Assembly (NCBI GenBank): GCA_018304385.1
Contig: JAGVWJ010000008.1
Span: 6,643 to 70,642 of the forward strand
Direction: 5' to 3'
Length of the DNA stretch: 64,000 nt
Source of the DNA: Candidatus Micrarchaeota archaeon
GTDB taxonomy: Archaea > Micrarchaeota > Micrarchaeia > Anstonellales > Bilamarchaeaceae
Position 1 is the stretch's first letter, and each line of letters starts with the position of its first letter. The notes beneath the pieces were generated by a model. That model searched no databases, had not been told where the DNA came from, and was given only the letters and a program-made list of their open reading frames with translations. Both the position numbers and the translations under genes were made by a program. This document shows, piece after piece, positions 28,677 through 38,447 of the stretch.

Positions 28677-29776
28677 CTATCACCCTCGGTATCAGTTGTA
28701 GTTTCATCTGGAGTTGGAGGAACTTCAACAACTTCAGTTAAATCCTCTACGTGTTTTTCTCCACGTTTATGTTTTTGATGGAGCTCTGCAAATACATGCC
28801 TAAACTGCTTATACGTATGCTTTGCATCATTTAATGCAGCTAGAGCATCTCTGTATTGCTCATCATCAAATAATACCTTTGCCTTATCTAAGGCTGCATT
28901 ATATTCTTCTAGCAAAAATTGCAGCTTTGATACATCGTGGCCCTTTTCCTCAGCCTTAGTTATTGCCTTTTCCATAAGATCGTTGAGTTTCTCTCCTTTC
29001 TCTATCATGTTAGATAGTCTTTGTATTAATGCTTTCTTTTTCTCCTCAGTTAATTTTTCTAATTTTTCTGCAAGCATTTTCTTGTGTAAAGCATCGAGAC
29101 GTACTCTCGCACCTTCATCAGTTTCTGTTTCTTCAGTTTCATTATCTCCTGCTTCTGCAGCTAGTCTTTTCTTTTTTATCCAATCTTTAAATCTCTCTTG
29201 CACTACAGTTCTATAATGTTCATTTATCTCTAGTTCACATTTCTTTCTATCTTCACCCGTTAGCTTTCTGCATTTTTCATTTAATGCATGACGCTCGCGC
29301 GCTTTTTCTAAAGCACGTTCAGAAACTGCATTTCTTTCTTTAGCACATAGTACGCGTTCAACTTTATCATTAAGCGATTCACATTTTCTTTCTCTTTTTT
29401 CTTTTACCCTTTCTTTAACATCTTGTTTTGCCCTTCTCCTTTTTAAGTTATCTTCTAATTCATTCTTTCCTTCCCTATCAAGCTTATTCCTTTCATTTTC
29501 TCTGATCTCCTTAAGTCTCTCTGGTTTTACTCTGTCTTTCATACGTTCTGAAAGTACCTCTCTAGTGCGCTCGCGTGCAACCTCCTTAGCTCGATCACTA
29601 ACTGCATCCCGAGCAACATCTCTTGCTCTGTCCCTAGCTACATCTTTTGCCCTATCTGCTGCTCTATCTTTTACTTCATCTCTTGCATTGTCGCGTGCAT
29701 CACTGCGCAAATCAGCTGCGAGTACAACTGCCATTAATAAGAAAACAACCAAACCTACAAACAATAGTTTTCGCAT
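28673..29776 (-). CDS. secreted highly charged repetitive coiled-coil protein (paralog 1)
   Basis: 367 aa; signal peptide; 8-residue repeats DRAKDVAR/DRARDVAR; 4 conserved Cys; C-terminal KGHDVSKLQFLLEEYNAALDKAKVLFDDEQYRDALAALNDAK shared with paralog 2. Confidence 0.55.
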   Translation of the reverse strand: MRKLLFVGLVVFLLMAVVLAADLRSDARDNARDEVKDRAADRAKDVARDRARDVARDAVSDRAKEVARERTREVLSERMKDRVKPERLKEIRENERNKLDREGKNELEDNLKRRRAKQDVKERVKEKRERKCESLNDKVERVLCAKERNAVSERALEKARERHALNEKCRKLTGEDRKKCELEINEHYRTVVQERFKDWIKKKRLAAEAGDNETEETETDEGARVRLDALHKKMLAEKLEKLTEEKKKALIQRLSNMIEKGEKLNDLMEKAITKAEEKGHDVSKLQFLLEEYNAALDKAKVLFDDEQYRDALAALNDAKHTYKQFRHVFAELHQKHKRGEKHVEDLTEVVEVPPTPDETTTDTEGDS

Positions 29777-29845
29777 TTAGACCACCGAATATGTTAGTTA
29801 TTTAGTATTTATAAATATAGGGGCTTCACCCCTATGACCCCATTG

Positions 29846-30880
29846 CTACTTAATAAGGTCTGCAAATGCAAACCTAAACTGTTTAAATATATTTTTAGCA
29901 TCGTTTAAAGCAGCTAAGGTATCTCTATACTGCTCATCATCATAGAATATTTTTGCCTTATCCATTGCTATTTTGTATTCTTCTAATAAAAATTCTAATC
30001 TTGCAGTGTCATAACCTTTTTCTTTTGCTTTATTTAGTGCTCTTTCAAGTAGATCTGCTTTTTTTCCAGCACTCGCAATTAAACCATCAATACGTTCTAT
30101 TAGATTGCGCTTTGCCTGGCTCTTTTCATCGTTTAATCTCGCTTCAGATACTCGCTCATGAACTGAGTTTATTATTGCACGCGCTGTCTCACCACCTGAT
30201 AACTCTTCTCTTTTAAATTCCTTAAACCTTTCCTGGATGACGTCTCTGAAATGCCTGTTTACACGTTCTTGACATGCAGATCGCTCGCTACCAGTAAGCC
30301 GTCTACATTCCTCGCTTAACCTATGACGCTCACGAACCTTTTCTATTGTTAGGTATGTTGTTTTCTCGCGCTCGCAAAAAATACGCTCATTAGCGTCCAC
30401 TATTCCATCGCATTTTCTCTCAAGTTTTTCTTTTATTCTATCACTAGCATTCATTTTCAGTCTTCTATCTGTTTCTGCATCTATCCTATTTCTTACTCTC
30501 AATTCTCTATCTATCTCTTCTCTTGCTGCCCTTGTTTGATTTTCCACTCCTATACGAATATCTTCTCGTGCTTCTCGTGTCTGATTTTCTACTTCGCTTT
30601 CAGTTGCTTCCCTAACTCGCTCAGCAGTTTCATTTCTGATTAACTCTTCTGTCTCGTTTCTTATCTGACTCGCTATACCCTCGCGAGTTTCATTTATTGC
30701 CCGTTCAGTAGCCTCTCTTGTAAGTCTTTCAGTAGTCTCTGCTGCAATCCTTTCTGTAGTTTCTCGTGTAATCCTTTCTGTTTCTTCACGCGTAATCCTC
30801 TCTTCCTCAGTCTCGGCAAATGCAATGTTTAGCACAAACAATAGCATAGCAAATAATAACAATTTTTGCATGAAAACCAC
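29846..30880 (-). CDS. secreted highly charged repetitive coiled-coil protein (paralog 2)
   Basis: 344 aa; signal peptide; ETTERITR-type repeats; same 4-Cys block and C-terminal domain as paralog 1. Confidence 0.55.
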   Translation of the reverse strand: MVFMQKLLLFAMLLFVLNIAFAETEEERITREETERITRETTERIAAETTERLTREATERAINETREGIASQIRNETEELIRNETAERVREATESEVENQTREAREDIRIGVENQTRAAREEIDRELRVRNRIDAETDRRLKMNASDRIKEKLERKCDGIVDANERIFCEREKTTYLTIEKVRERHRLSEECRRLTGSERSACQERVNRHFRDVIQERFKEFKREELSGGETARAIINSVHERVSEARLNDEKSQAKRNLIERIDGLIASAGKKADLLERALNKAKEKGYDTARLEFLLEEYKIAMDKAKIFYDDEQYRDTLAALNDAKNIFKQFRFAFADLIK

Positions 30881-30923
30881 CCTTATAGATTTTTACATGT
30901 GCATTTTTATATTTATGTTTTCT

Positions 30924-31859
30924 TCACTCGTAAATCTTGATTCCTAATTTTTGTGTTGCAATTGCGAATAAAGATTGCGCTGAAATAATGCCTACTTCTG
31001 TAATATATCCAGTAATATAATGTGCAGCAGTTGCATCAAATGCTGGATTAGCAATTGTTAGGCTTTTGGGGGGCTTATCCCATATTTCTGCAATAGCGCG
31101 TTGTTCTATACGTTCGCGCTGTCCATAAGCAGTTAATGGAGAGTATTTGAACAGCTCTGCAGCACTATAAAATGAAACATCGTGCATTCTTGCAATATGC
31201 GCAACAGTGCTTGTGCCTACTTTGTTTATTAGATCTCCTCTAGAAGTTATTGCGTCTGCACCAACAATGCACATATCTGCTTTTTTCATAAATACATTTA
31301 CTGCACCATCAACAATAAGCGTTGTTTTTATCTTTGCTTCAATTAGCTCGCGCGCGGTAATCCTGCCTTGATATAATGGCCGCGTTTCGCATGCAATAAC
31401 CTCGAAATTTTTTCCCATTTCCTTTGCTTTTTTGAATATTCTTGTAACGCTTGATGAATGGCAATGAGTTATCACCACTGCGTTTTCAGGAATTATCTTT
31501 GCGCCATACTCTGCTATTTTTGCAATGTCTTCATCCATTTTTTTAAGCAATGTCTCTTCGCGCTCAACCAAAAGTTTTTTTACTGCACCTACTGTGCGTA
31601 CGTTTTTCATTTTTATCTGCATTAGCGCAAAGCGCGTTATATCTTCTATATTATTTCTCATCATTGGCTCTGTTGGCCTAGAATTAGCAAGCTTTTCTGC
31701 AACACCTAATATTTCATTATATAGTTCGTTTAGACCATCTGCTCTGGATGCACTTATTTGCAGTGCCAATGCAGTTAGGGCTGACTTCGCAACATTGCGA
31801 GCCCCTTGGATTTTTAGTTTCTTGATATCGTTGATAATTTTTTCAACTGCTTTTTGCAT
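30924..31859 (-). CDS. eIF-2B alpha/beta/delta-family protein (putative ribose-1,5-bisphosphate isomerase)
   Basis: 311 aa; eIF2B-like fold motifs (VITHCHSS, DMCIVGADAITSRGDLINKVGT). Confidence 0.7.
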   Translation of the reverse strand: MQKAVEKIINDIKKLKIQGARNVAKSALTALALQISASRADGLNELYNEILGVAEKLANSRPTEPMMRNNIEDITRFALMQIKMKNVRTVGAVKKLLVEREETLLKKMDEDIAKIAEYGAKIIPENAVVITHCHSSSVTRIFKKAKEMGKNFEVIACETRPLYQGRITARELIEAKIKTTLIVDGAVNVFMKKADMCIVGADAITSRGDLINKVGTSTVAHIARMHDVSFYSAAELFKYSPLTAYGQRERIEQRAIAEIWDKPPKSLTIANPAFDATAAHYITGYITEVGIISAQSLFAIATQKLGIKIYE

Positions 31860-31983
31860 AAACTAAACGCGAAGAATAAGAATAAATAGATTACTACTAC
31901 CTTAAGCAATGAGTTATGTGCAAAAAGCCATGTTAGAATATAAATACAAAAATTACCACTTTTACAAACATTTATAAACACTT

Positions 31984-32796
31984 TTGCGCATAATAATAGT
32001 ATGGCTAAAAAGACTAGCAGCAGCGCGGGCTGTTGTGTTTAGACTAATACTCAAAGTTAGAAGTCTTAGGGCAGATGTTTTAGAAGAGAAAGTAATTGAA
32101 AGACCACTAATTGAGATGTTTCAAAGCGCAGACGCTCACGAAAGGCAAATGGCTATAGATAGAATGTTTAACGTGTTAGAAAGCCACTCCTCTTCGGCAT
32201 CTGAAAAAGAAGAAACAGTTAACACACTAGTTAAAATAGGTGCTAATGCAAAGGACCCAGGCATAAGAAAGCATGCAATTTCTATTCTTGATCATTTTAA
32301 TGCTCTTGAAGCATTCAAAAATGTATGTAAGGAAACTGATTATTTAGATGTAAAGGCATATGTTATGAAACTTTTGGAAACACGCATTATGCTAGCTTCT
32401 GCTAAGAGGGCTGCTGTAGCTGCATCTGTTGTCCAATCAGAACACGCAGATGCTATAAGAATTAAAGAAAAATTAGCTGGAGAGGAACTTCTTTACGGAG
32501 CTGGTTTTGCAACTGGTACAAATGAGATAATACATAATGCTATGCGCACCCTTACTGAGCTTGCATTGCTCTATAGATATGGTGAGGAAACAAATGCCCT
32601 TGCAATTAAAACACTTAGAAAATTGAGCGAAAGCCCTGATCCGCTAGTAAAAGAATTAGCTTCAAAACAACTAGGTTTTGTTTCTGATAACAGAGTTCCT
32701 TACTCAGTTGGAACTGGGGAAAGTATGAGGATAAGAAGTGTGGAGAATGGAATAACAATGAACACATGCGACCCTATGACTATAGAAACATCATAA
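31984..32796 (+). CDS. HEAT-like repeat protein, unknown
   Basis: 270 aa; repeated DPxIRxxAIxxL-like helical repeats; start may be downstream of 31984. Confidence 0.35.
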   Translation: MRIIIVWLKRLAAARAVVFRLILKVRSLRADVLEEKVIERPLIEMFQSADAHERQMAIDRMFNVLESHSSSASEKEETVNTLVKIGANAKDPGIRKHAISILDHFNALEAFKNVCKETDYLDVKAYVMKLLETRIMLASAKRAAVAASVVQSEHADAIRIKEKLAGEELLYGAGFATGTNEIIHNAMRTLTELALLYRYGEETNALAIKTLRKLSESPDPLVKELASKQLGFVSDNRVPYSVGTGESMRIRSVENGITMNTCDPMTIETS

Positions 32797-32866
32797 AATG
32801 GATTTGATATAAATACTCAACAACTAATTTACATAAACCTTTTTCCCGCTAATGCTAACTTCCTAT

Positions 32867-33685
32867 TTAAGCCATTGGAAGTCTGCGAGTGCTGACATCT
32901 GTTTCTTGTAGGAGTCTTCTTATAATTGAATGTTCGAGTCCTGTTGATAACTCTAGCACTTGAAACACTAACATTGGATCAGTTATTGCTCCATCTGTTC
33001 TTTTACCCTGGTTAAGAATTTGTAGTGCAGTGAGTATTTGCCCAACTTCTTCATCCCCATAAACTGTTAACGCAACAGTTTCAGGATGAGTTCTAACACC
33101 AACTGCAATATCTATGATTGGCGCTTCACTACTACCTAGAACGCATACACCCGCGCTTTTAGCTACTGTATGGTCATCTTCCACTCTTGTTGTTTCTGAT
33201 AAATATGATCTAAGACCCCTACTTCTAAATAGAGCAGTCAGTAAAATTGCCATATCTTCTGGCTCTGAAGCAACTAATCGATCGCTTCCAGTTTCTTGCT
33301 CTGAATGTGCAACCAAAGTTGCGGGTGTCATTACCTCATCAGTTTGATGGACATGACGACCATCAATCTCGGCTTCTAAGCCAAATAAGCTTCTAACAAG
33401 TCTTCTATCTCCCGGTCTTGGGGCAGTAAACAAAGAAACTTTTGTAACTGCATCATCTAAATCTTTACCTGGAACTAATACGCGTGCCAATTCTTCAAGC
33501 CTGCCACTAGTACCAAAAGCGTATGGACCTTCAGAAATAGGTTTATCTCTTGCCTCTAAAGTTCTTAGTATACCTTCTGCAATTCCTTCTGCTGCTAACC
33601 CCTTAAGAGCAACAATTGGACTTCTAGCTATCGCAGGTTTTAATGGTTCTTTAAATCTAATCCTAACTGATCCTATTTCCATCAT
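32867..33685 (-). CDS. hypothetical protein, paralog A (tandem pair)
   Basis: 272 aa; shares ELVAHS and VGQILTALQILNQG-like blocks and a duplicated promoter with 33767-34639; GC above window average. Confidence 0.5.
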   Translation of the reverse strand: MMEIGSVRIRFKEPLKPAIARSPIVALKGLAAEGIAEGILRTLEARDKPISEGPYAFGTSGRLEELARVLVPGKDLDDAVTKVSLFTAPRPGDRRLVRSLFGLEAEIDGRHVHQTDEVMTPATLVAHSEQETGSDRLVASEPEDMAILLTALFRSRGLRSYLSETTRVEDDHTVAKSAGVCVLGSSEAPIIDIAVGVRTHPETVALTVYGDEEVGQILTALQILNQGKRTDGAITDPMLVFQVLELSTGLEHSIIRRLLQETDVSTRRLPMA

Positions 33686-33766
33686 GCAAAATAATTAGTG
33701 TGCAAAAATATAAAAAGGGGCGTCACAGTAATCTGCCATGAGCAATCAACCATGGGCAATGAGCAT
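33686..33766 (-). promoter_or_regulatory. duplicated promoter (BRE/TATA GTGACGCCCCTTTTTATAT) plus heptamer repeat upstream of paralog A
   Basis: about 19/19 identical core with 34645-34690 copy; TATA about 30 nt upstream of ATG. Confidence 0.45.
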
Positions 33767-34639
33767 TTAATTTGGTAGGTGTTTTATTTGTCTAGATGCG
33801 CTGACTTCTCTTCTAATTACATCTAAATCTTCTCTTATACCTCTAACAGAATCAACAAGCGGATGGTCTATTGCTTGGCCGGCAGTGCTTAATGTAGCGT
33901 CAGTCTCATCAAACTCTGCAAGCACTGCTTCCCTTGGCAAGCTACGATATGCACCAGTTCGTCCGACTTCTCTTATTTTCTTAACATGATTAAATGCCTT
34001 AAGCGCTTGTATTAAGCCAAGAACTTCTACATCGCTATATAATATAATCTGCCTAAATGAAGGATGAACTGGTAATGCAAAACTAACTAAACTAAAAGTT
34101 TCTGGATCAGCTATGCATAATGCACTGCTCATTTCACCTGAACTTTCTCTAAGTAATGCAATGTTTGCTCGTAAACCTATCCCTTGCAATAACGCTGCTA
34201 TCAGCACGTACAACTCTTCTCCTCGTGCTACAGCAAGTTCGTTTCTGCTTTCAATATTTGAATGCGCAACCAACTCGCCTGCGCTTAACGGCTGATCAGT
34301 AGCATGTATATGCTCTACATTATATACTATATCTGGCACACCTCTCTCTATGACTGGTTCAGGCTTTGGAAATGGTAGTTCCATATTTTGTGGAGTAAGA
34401 AAAAATACTGCGCCAGCTAACGCATCATTCATGCTTTTTCCAAAAAGAGGTCCAAGTTCTTCTAAAAGTCTAGCTAGCTTTGCATCTTTATCCCTAAATG
34501 GCCCTTCGCTAGGTGGCAATGACTTTGCACTTAATTTTTCAAAAACTCGCCTGACAACCGCTCGTTCAACTGGGGGATGAAATACTGGACTTTGTCTCCT
34601 AGGTCTTACACTTTTATTGAATGTTAATGCATGCGCCAT
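33767..34639 (-). CDS. hypothetical protein, paralog B (tandem pair)
   Basis: 290 aa, paralogous to 32867-33685. Confidence 0.5.
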   Translation of the reverse strand: MAHALTFNKSVRPRRQSPVFHPPVERAVVRRVFEKLSAKSLPPSEGPFRDKDAKLARLLEELGPLFGKSMNDALAGAVFFLTPQNMELPFPKPEPVIERGVPDIVYNVEHIHATDQPLSAGELVAHSNIESRNELAVARGEELYVLIAALLQGIGLRANIALLRESSGEMSSALCIADPETFSLVSFALPVHPSFRQIILYSDVEVLGLIQALKAFNHVKKIREVGRTGAYRSLPREAVLAEFDETDATLSTAGQAIDHPLVDSVRGIREDLDVIRREVSASRQIKHLPN

Positions 34640-34725
34640 GCAATATTATTGATGTGGGAAGATATAAAAAGGGGCGTCACAATACTCTGCCATGAGCCTT
34701 GAGCTATCATCAATGGGCAGTTGAC
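34640..34725 (-). promoter_or_regulatory. duplicated promoter GTGACGCCCCTTTTTATAT plus heptamer repeat upstream of paralog B
   Basis: direct comparison with 33686-33766. Confidence 0.45.
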
Positions 34726-34810
34726 TGGCGCTGTTTCAAGTCTTGCGCTCTTATATTATTCATTCTAACAGTTTCGAAATTTAAAAAATAAAAAGAATAA
34801 AAAAAGAAAA

Positions 34811-35113
34811 TTATCCAAATAAAGATGCTAATCCTTCAGCTGCTTGTGCTTCAGTCTTTGCTTCATCTTTCTTTTCTTCTTTCTTTGCTTCTGCTACTGG
34901 TGCACTTGCGACTGCTGCTGGTGCTGCTGTTGCCTGCTTTAACAAGTCTTCAAAGTTAACACCTTGGACTGCTTCTGCAAGCACTTTTGCGCGTGCTTCA
35001 TCTGCAGCTACGCCAGCGCTTTTCAACACGCTAACAATAGCATCTTTAGATACTTCTTTTCCTGCGCCATGCAATAAAAGCACAGCATGCAAATATGGAT
35101 CTACTTTTGTCAT
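34811..35113 (-). CDS. rpl12: ribosomal stalk protein P1 (L12e)
   Basis: 100 aa; LLLHGAGKEV..., Ala-rich hinge, acidic tail ending GLASLFG. Confidence 0.8.
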   Translation of the reverse strand: MTKVDPYLHAVLLLHGAGKEVSKDAIVSVLKSAGVAADEARAKVLAEAVQGVNFEDLLKQATAAPAAVASAPVAEAKKEEKKDEAKTEAQAAEGLASLFG

Positions 35114-35161
35114 TTTAAATCACCTTTACGATCAGTTTTGCTGAAGCTTTTTCTAAAAGCT

Positions 35162-36019
35162 TCACTTCCCCAAACTCGCTAGAGCCAATCCCTGCCTAGA
35201 AGCAAGGGTGAGAAGCTGCCCTATTGCGTTTGAGGAGTATAAGTTGCCATTCAAAGCTACGTTTAGCGATTGCATATATGCATCGCGTAATAAAATCTCA
35301 ACATTCTGTTTTGTTGGATACTTTGCATTAATAGAAAGATTAAAAGCGTCATTTAATGACGAGCCTAGCGCTGCATGCAGTGTATCATCTATATTAAGCA
35401 ATTCAGCACTATAAATATAATGTTGATCGTAACCTGCAATTAATCTAACGGATATTTCAAATGGCTTAACATTTAATTTTTGTAATGCCTTAGTCTTTAG
35501 ATCATTTAGAGTTTCGCCAGACTTTGCAACAACACTCTCTTTTGAAACAACTATTTTACCGCCTTTAATCTGTACGTTTATGCCTGCTCCCTTAAGTTCG
35601 CTGAGTGCTGGGCCAGGTGGCAAATCAGTCTCGCCTTCTGGTACTACTATGTCAAATGGCGCAATCTCGCCAGTTTTTGCTGCCCTTCTCTTTTTATTTT
35701 CTTTAAAGAATTTATTAATAGCAAATGGTGAATCATTTGTCAGTATTAATGCAACTGGTTTATTAGTTTCACCTGAAAGCGCTGTAAGTTTTTTATCGCT
35801 TTCCAGCACGCGTTGTATAACTGGCTTTTTAAGCACTAAAACTTTACCGCCTTTATCACGGATTTTCTTTCTTAGTGATTGGAAAAGTGAATCTGATAAT
35901 TTTCTTAAATCAATAACCACCAATGTCTTATACTTCTTAAGATCTGCCTTTACCTCTTCGACTTTTTGTATTTTTGCCTTAACTGTTTTTCTATTAACAT
36001 CAGCTTTTTTCTCTACCAT
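35162..36019 (-). CDS. rpl10: ribosomal protein P0 (L10e)
   Basis: about 285 aa; L10/P0 fold following L1 in conserved L1-L10-L12 order. Confidence 0.8.
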   Translation of the reverse strand: MVEKKADVNRKTVKAKIQKVEEVKADLKKYKTLVVIDLRKLSDSLFQSLRKKIRDKGGKVLVLKKPVIQRVLESDKKLTALSGETNKPVALILTNDSPFAINKFFKENKKRRAAKTGEIAPFDIVVPEGETDLPPGPALSELKGAGINVQIKGGKIVVSKESVVAKSGETLNDLKTKALQKLNVKPFEISVRLIAGYDQHYIYSAELLNIDDTLHAALGSSLNDAFNLSINAKYPTKQNVEILLRDAYMQSLNVALNGNLYSSNAIGQLLTLASRQGLALASLGK

Positions 36020-36024
36020 AAGAA

Positions 36025-36666
36025 TCACATCACACGAACTGGTTTACTCATTGATAATTTAACAAATACACTTTTTACGTTTCCTTCAGTTACCTTATTT
36101 TTTATTGCATCATATACTGAATCTATATTGTCAACAAGCTCATCAACGCTCATTGCCTCTGTTCCGACAAAACTCTGGACTGTTGGCAGGTATTTTCCTT
36201 TTGAAACTATGCGCACGCTTTTCTTTGCCTTTTCTATAAGCTCAGCAACATTACCTACGATTGGTTTTGGTAATTTACCTCTAGGACCTAAGTACTGACC
36301 TAGATTTTTAGCTACTTGTGCCATAAGGTTTGGTTGTGCTAATAGAACATAATTATCTGCTAAATCCTTTAGCTTTGCTTTATCTGTATAAGCTGGAAGT
36401 TCATTTGGTGAAATAGTTAGGTCAACACCTGCCTTTTTTGCCTGTGTTGTTAATGTTTCTTCACCAATTACTCCTACCTTAGGTTCTTTTCCACCCTTTC
36501 CTTTTGGAAGTAGTACTTCTAAGTTAAGCCTGTTCTCTGTTTTAGAAAAGTCTACGCTGCGAACATTTACTATTAGCTCTACGCTTTGCTTAAATTGGCG
36601 CTTGCCTTTTTCTTCCAGCAGTTTTGCTAATGAGTCTGTTAGTTTTTTCTTATCCATTAAAATCAA
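36025..36666 (-). CDS. rpl1: ribosomal protein L1
   Basis: 213 aa; L1 signature; preceded by GGAGG SD and a CCAATCC-TTA-GGATTGG hairpin at 36673-36689. Confidence 0.85.
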   Translation of the reverse strand: MILMDKKKLTDSLAKLLEEKGKRQFKQSVELIVNVRSVDFSKTENRLNLEVLLPKGKGGKEPKVGVIGEETLTTQAKKAGVDLTISPNELPAYTDKAKLKDLADNYVLLAQPNLMAQVAKNLGQYLGPRGKLPKPIVGNVAELIEKAKKSVRIVSKGKYLPTVQSFVGTEAMSVDELVDNIDSVYDAIKNKVTEGNVKSVFVKLSMSKPVRVM

Positions 36667-36820
36667 GCCCTCCCAATCCTTAGGATTGGTACAATTGGGT
36701 AAATATATGATTTGTTATGACGGGTTTTTAAATATTGCGAAATGATGAGCTATAAAGTTAGCGACACATACTCTCACTAAACAAGAAAAAGCTTAAATAA
36801 AGAATTTATAAGATATACTT

Positions 36821-37570
36821 ATGCCTAATCCCTTCACAAGCAAAAAAATTTTAATTGCTGTCTCTCTCATGCTTGTTATGTGTGGGATTGTGCTTACTTT
36901 CCATTTTCTCTCACCTCACTCTCAGAAAATCTCATTTCCTGGTGCAACACCCCAAAAAGGTACAAGTTCTGAAATAATCACTGATTGCACTCCAAAATTT
37001 AGCCATCACTTTACCGATGTTGATACTATAGATTCTATCGTGCCACCGGTTTTTAGAAACAGAGAAGGAACCATGCCAACAACCCTGATAAATACGATGG
37101 GTAAAACTCCCCTCTACATGCCTACGGCAGGAAAACTCACCCAGGGAGCATACTACACTGAACAAGGGACGGAATTTTATATGTGGGAAGTTGATGTTGG
37201 CTGCGGAATAACGATTACCTTTGACCATGTAACAGAACCCGTGGAAAAAATAAGAATGATGTTCTCAGATACTCCGAAAAATGATAGTCGCACTGCCTTT
37301 TTTGAGGCCCCCTTGAAATTGGAGGCTGGAGAGCTTGTTGGCCACACCACTGGTTCAGTCAATTCCCATAACTGGAATTTTGCGGTATATGATGTGAGGG
37401 AGAAAAACTTTTTGTGGGGCGCTAGCACATTTAGTGATATGCCCAAATACTACATGCAGGTCTGCCCTTTCAAGTATTATGAAGGGCAAATGGCTGCACC
37501 GTACGAAGATCTATTTGTTCTTTCTTTCAACGAGATAACTGTTGAGAAAAATCTTTGCGGGCATAAATGA
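36821..37570 (+). CDS. secreted/membrane-anchored hypothetical protein
   Basis: 249 aa; N-terminal hydrophobic anchor with LVMCG; no family assigned. Confidence 0.4.
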   Translation: MPNPFTSKKILIAVSLMLVMCGIVLTFHFLSPHSQKISFPGATPQKGTSSEIITDCTPKFSHHFTDVDTIDSIVPPVFRNREGTMPTTLINTMGKTPLYMPTAGKLTQGAYYTEQGTEFYMWEVDVGCGITITFDHVTEPVEKIRMMFSDTPKNDSRTAFFEAPLKLEAGELVGHTTGSVNSHNWNFAVYDVREKNFLWGASTFSDMPKYYMQVCPFKYYEGQMAAPYEDLFVLSFNEITVEKNLCGHK

Positions 37571-37624
37571 ATAAACTCTTTTACTGAAAGATTTACAAAA
37601 ATTTGTTCTACCATTTTTCCACCC

Positions 37625-37897
37625 TTAATTTCTTTTTCCACGAGAATTAAAAAATACAATTTTCTTTAGGAATTCCTTTGATTTTTTATGGTGATAAAAA
37701 CCATAAACAAGGAATACTAACCCTATGAAAGTGCTCGCTAGCCCTATCCAGTGATAAAGTCCTGTTTGAAAATACCCAGTAAAAAATAGACCAGCTAGAA
37801 TTATACTTAACCCAGTTCGAATGTAAGCTAAATAAGTTCTCTCCTCTGCAAGTTCTGTCCTTTTTACTGCTAGTTCATCAGTTAAACTTCTTTTCAT
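37625..37897 (-). CDS. DUF202 (YidH-like) small membrane protein
   Basis: LAxERTxLAYIRTGLS motif and two TM helices. Confidence 0.5.
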   Translation of the reverse strand: MKRSLTDELAVKRTELAEERTYLAYIRTGLSIILAGLFFTGYFQTGLYHWIGLASTFIGLVFLVYGFYHHKKSKEFLKKIVFFNSRGKRN

Positions 37898-37928
37898 GAA
37901 TGAGAATAAGATGGAAAACTATTTAAGA

Positions 37929-38042
37929 CTAGAGCTCTCCGACTCTTCGCTTTTGCCTTCGCTTCATGCGCTTGCGCTTTTTCTTTACCCATTTCCAGCG
38001 CATTCTATTCTTCTTTTTCCATTTTCGCGGTTTGCTACCCAT
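37929..38042 (-). CDS. rpl41e: ribosomal protein L41e (37 aa), missed by the 60-aa ORF track
   Basis: minus-strand translation MGSKPRKWKKKNRMRWKWVKKKRKRMKRRQKRRVGEL*: extremely basic, RMRWKW core matches archaeal/eukaryotic L41e. Confidence 0.65.
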   Translation of the reverse strand: MGSKPRKWKKKNRMRWKWVKKKRKRMKRRQKRRVGEL

Positions 38043-38275
38043 AGAATAATACCTCATGTAAACTAATTAGAATTTGATTATTCGATTTTATTATGTTAGA
38101 TTTTTATAGCTTAGCTTTTTCAAATCTCGCTAACAATATATTATCGGCGATGAAGTAAAAGAGGTATTTATGATTCTCGAAGCGTAGAGAACTTTGAGGA
38201 GTGACTTAGTCACGTATGATTATAAAAAGAAACTGAGCCAACTGTGTTTTCTTCTATCTTCTCCTTATTATAAAG

Positions 38276-38345
38276 ACGTCGTACTACTTATGTTTGCTAT
38301 AGGGACGTGGTCTTATACATTCTTCATGCCACGTCGGCTGTTCTA
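38276..38345. ncRNA. conserved hairpin element, copy A (ACGTCGTACTAC...GACGTGG-loop-CCACGTC-GGCTGTT)
   Basis: about 70 nt similar to 60608-60677 with compensatory stem substitutions. Confidence 0.45.
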
Positions 38346-38447
38346 GGTTTTCTTCTGGTGAACCATAGGAACCATGAATAATTATTATATTAGATATATG
38401 AAACCCACTACAGTCAACCTTTTAAAGTTTATTTTCAAATTAAAAGT

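Noticed and set aside
35208-36298. Plus-strand ORFs opposite rpl10/rpl1
   Set aside because: Antisense to ribosomal protein genes.
36673-36689. CCAATCC-TTA-GGATTGG hairpin upstream of rpl1 as an L1 autoregulatory site
   Set aside because: In characterised archaea the L1 binding mimic lies within the mRNA coding start and resembles the 23S L1 site, which could not be verified here, so it is noted only as a hairpin.
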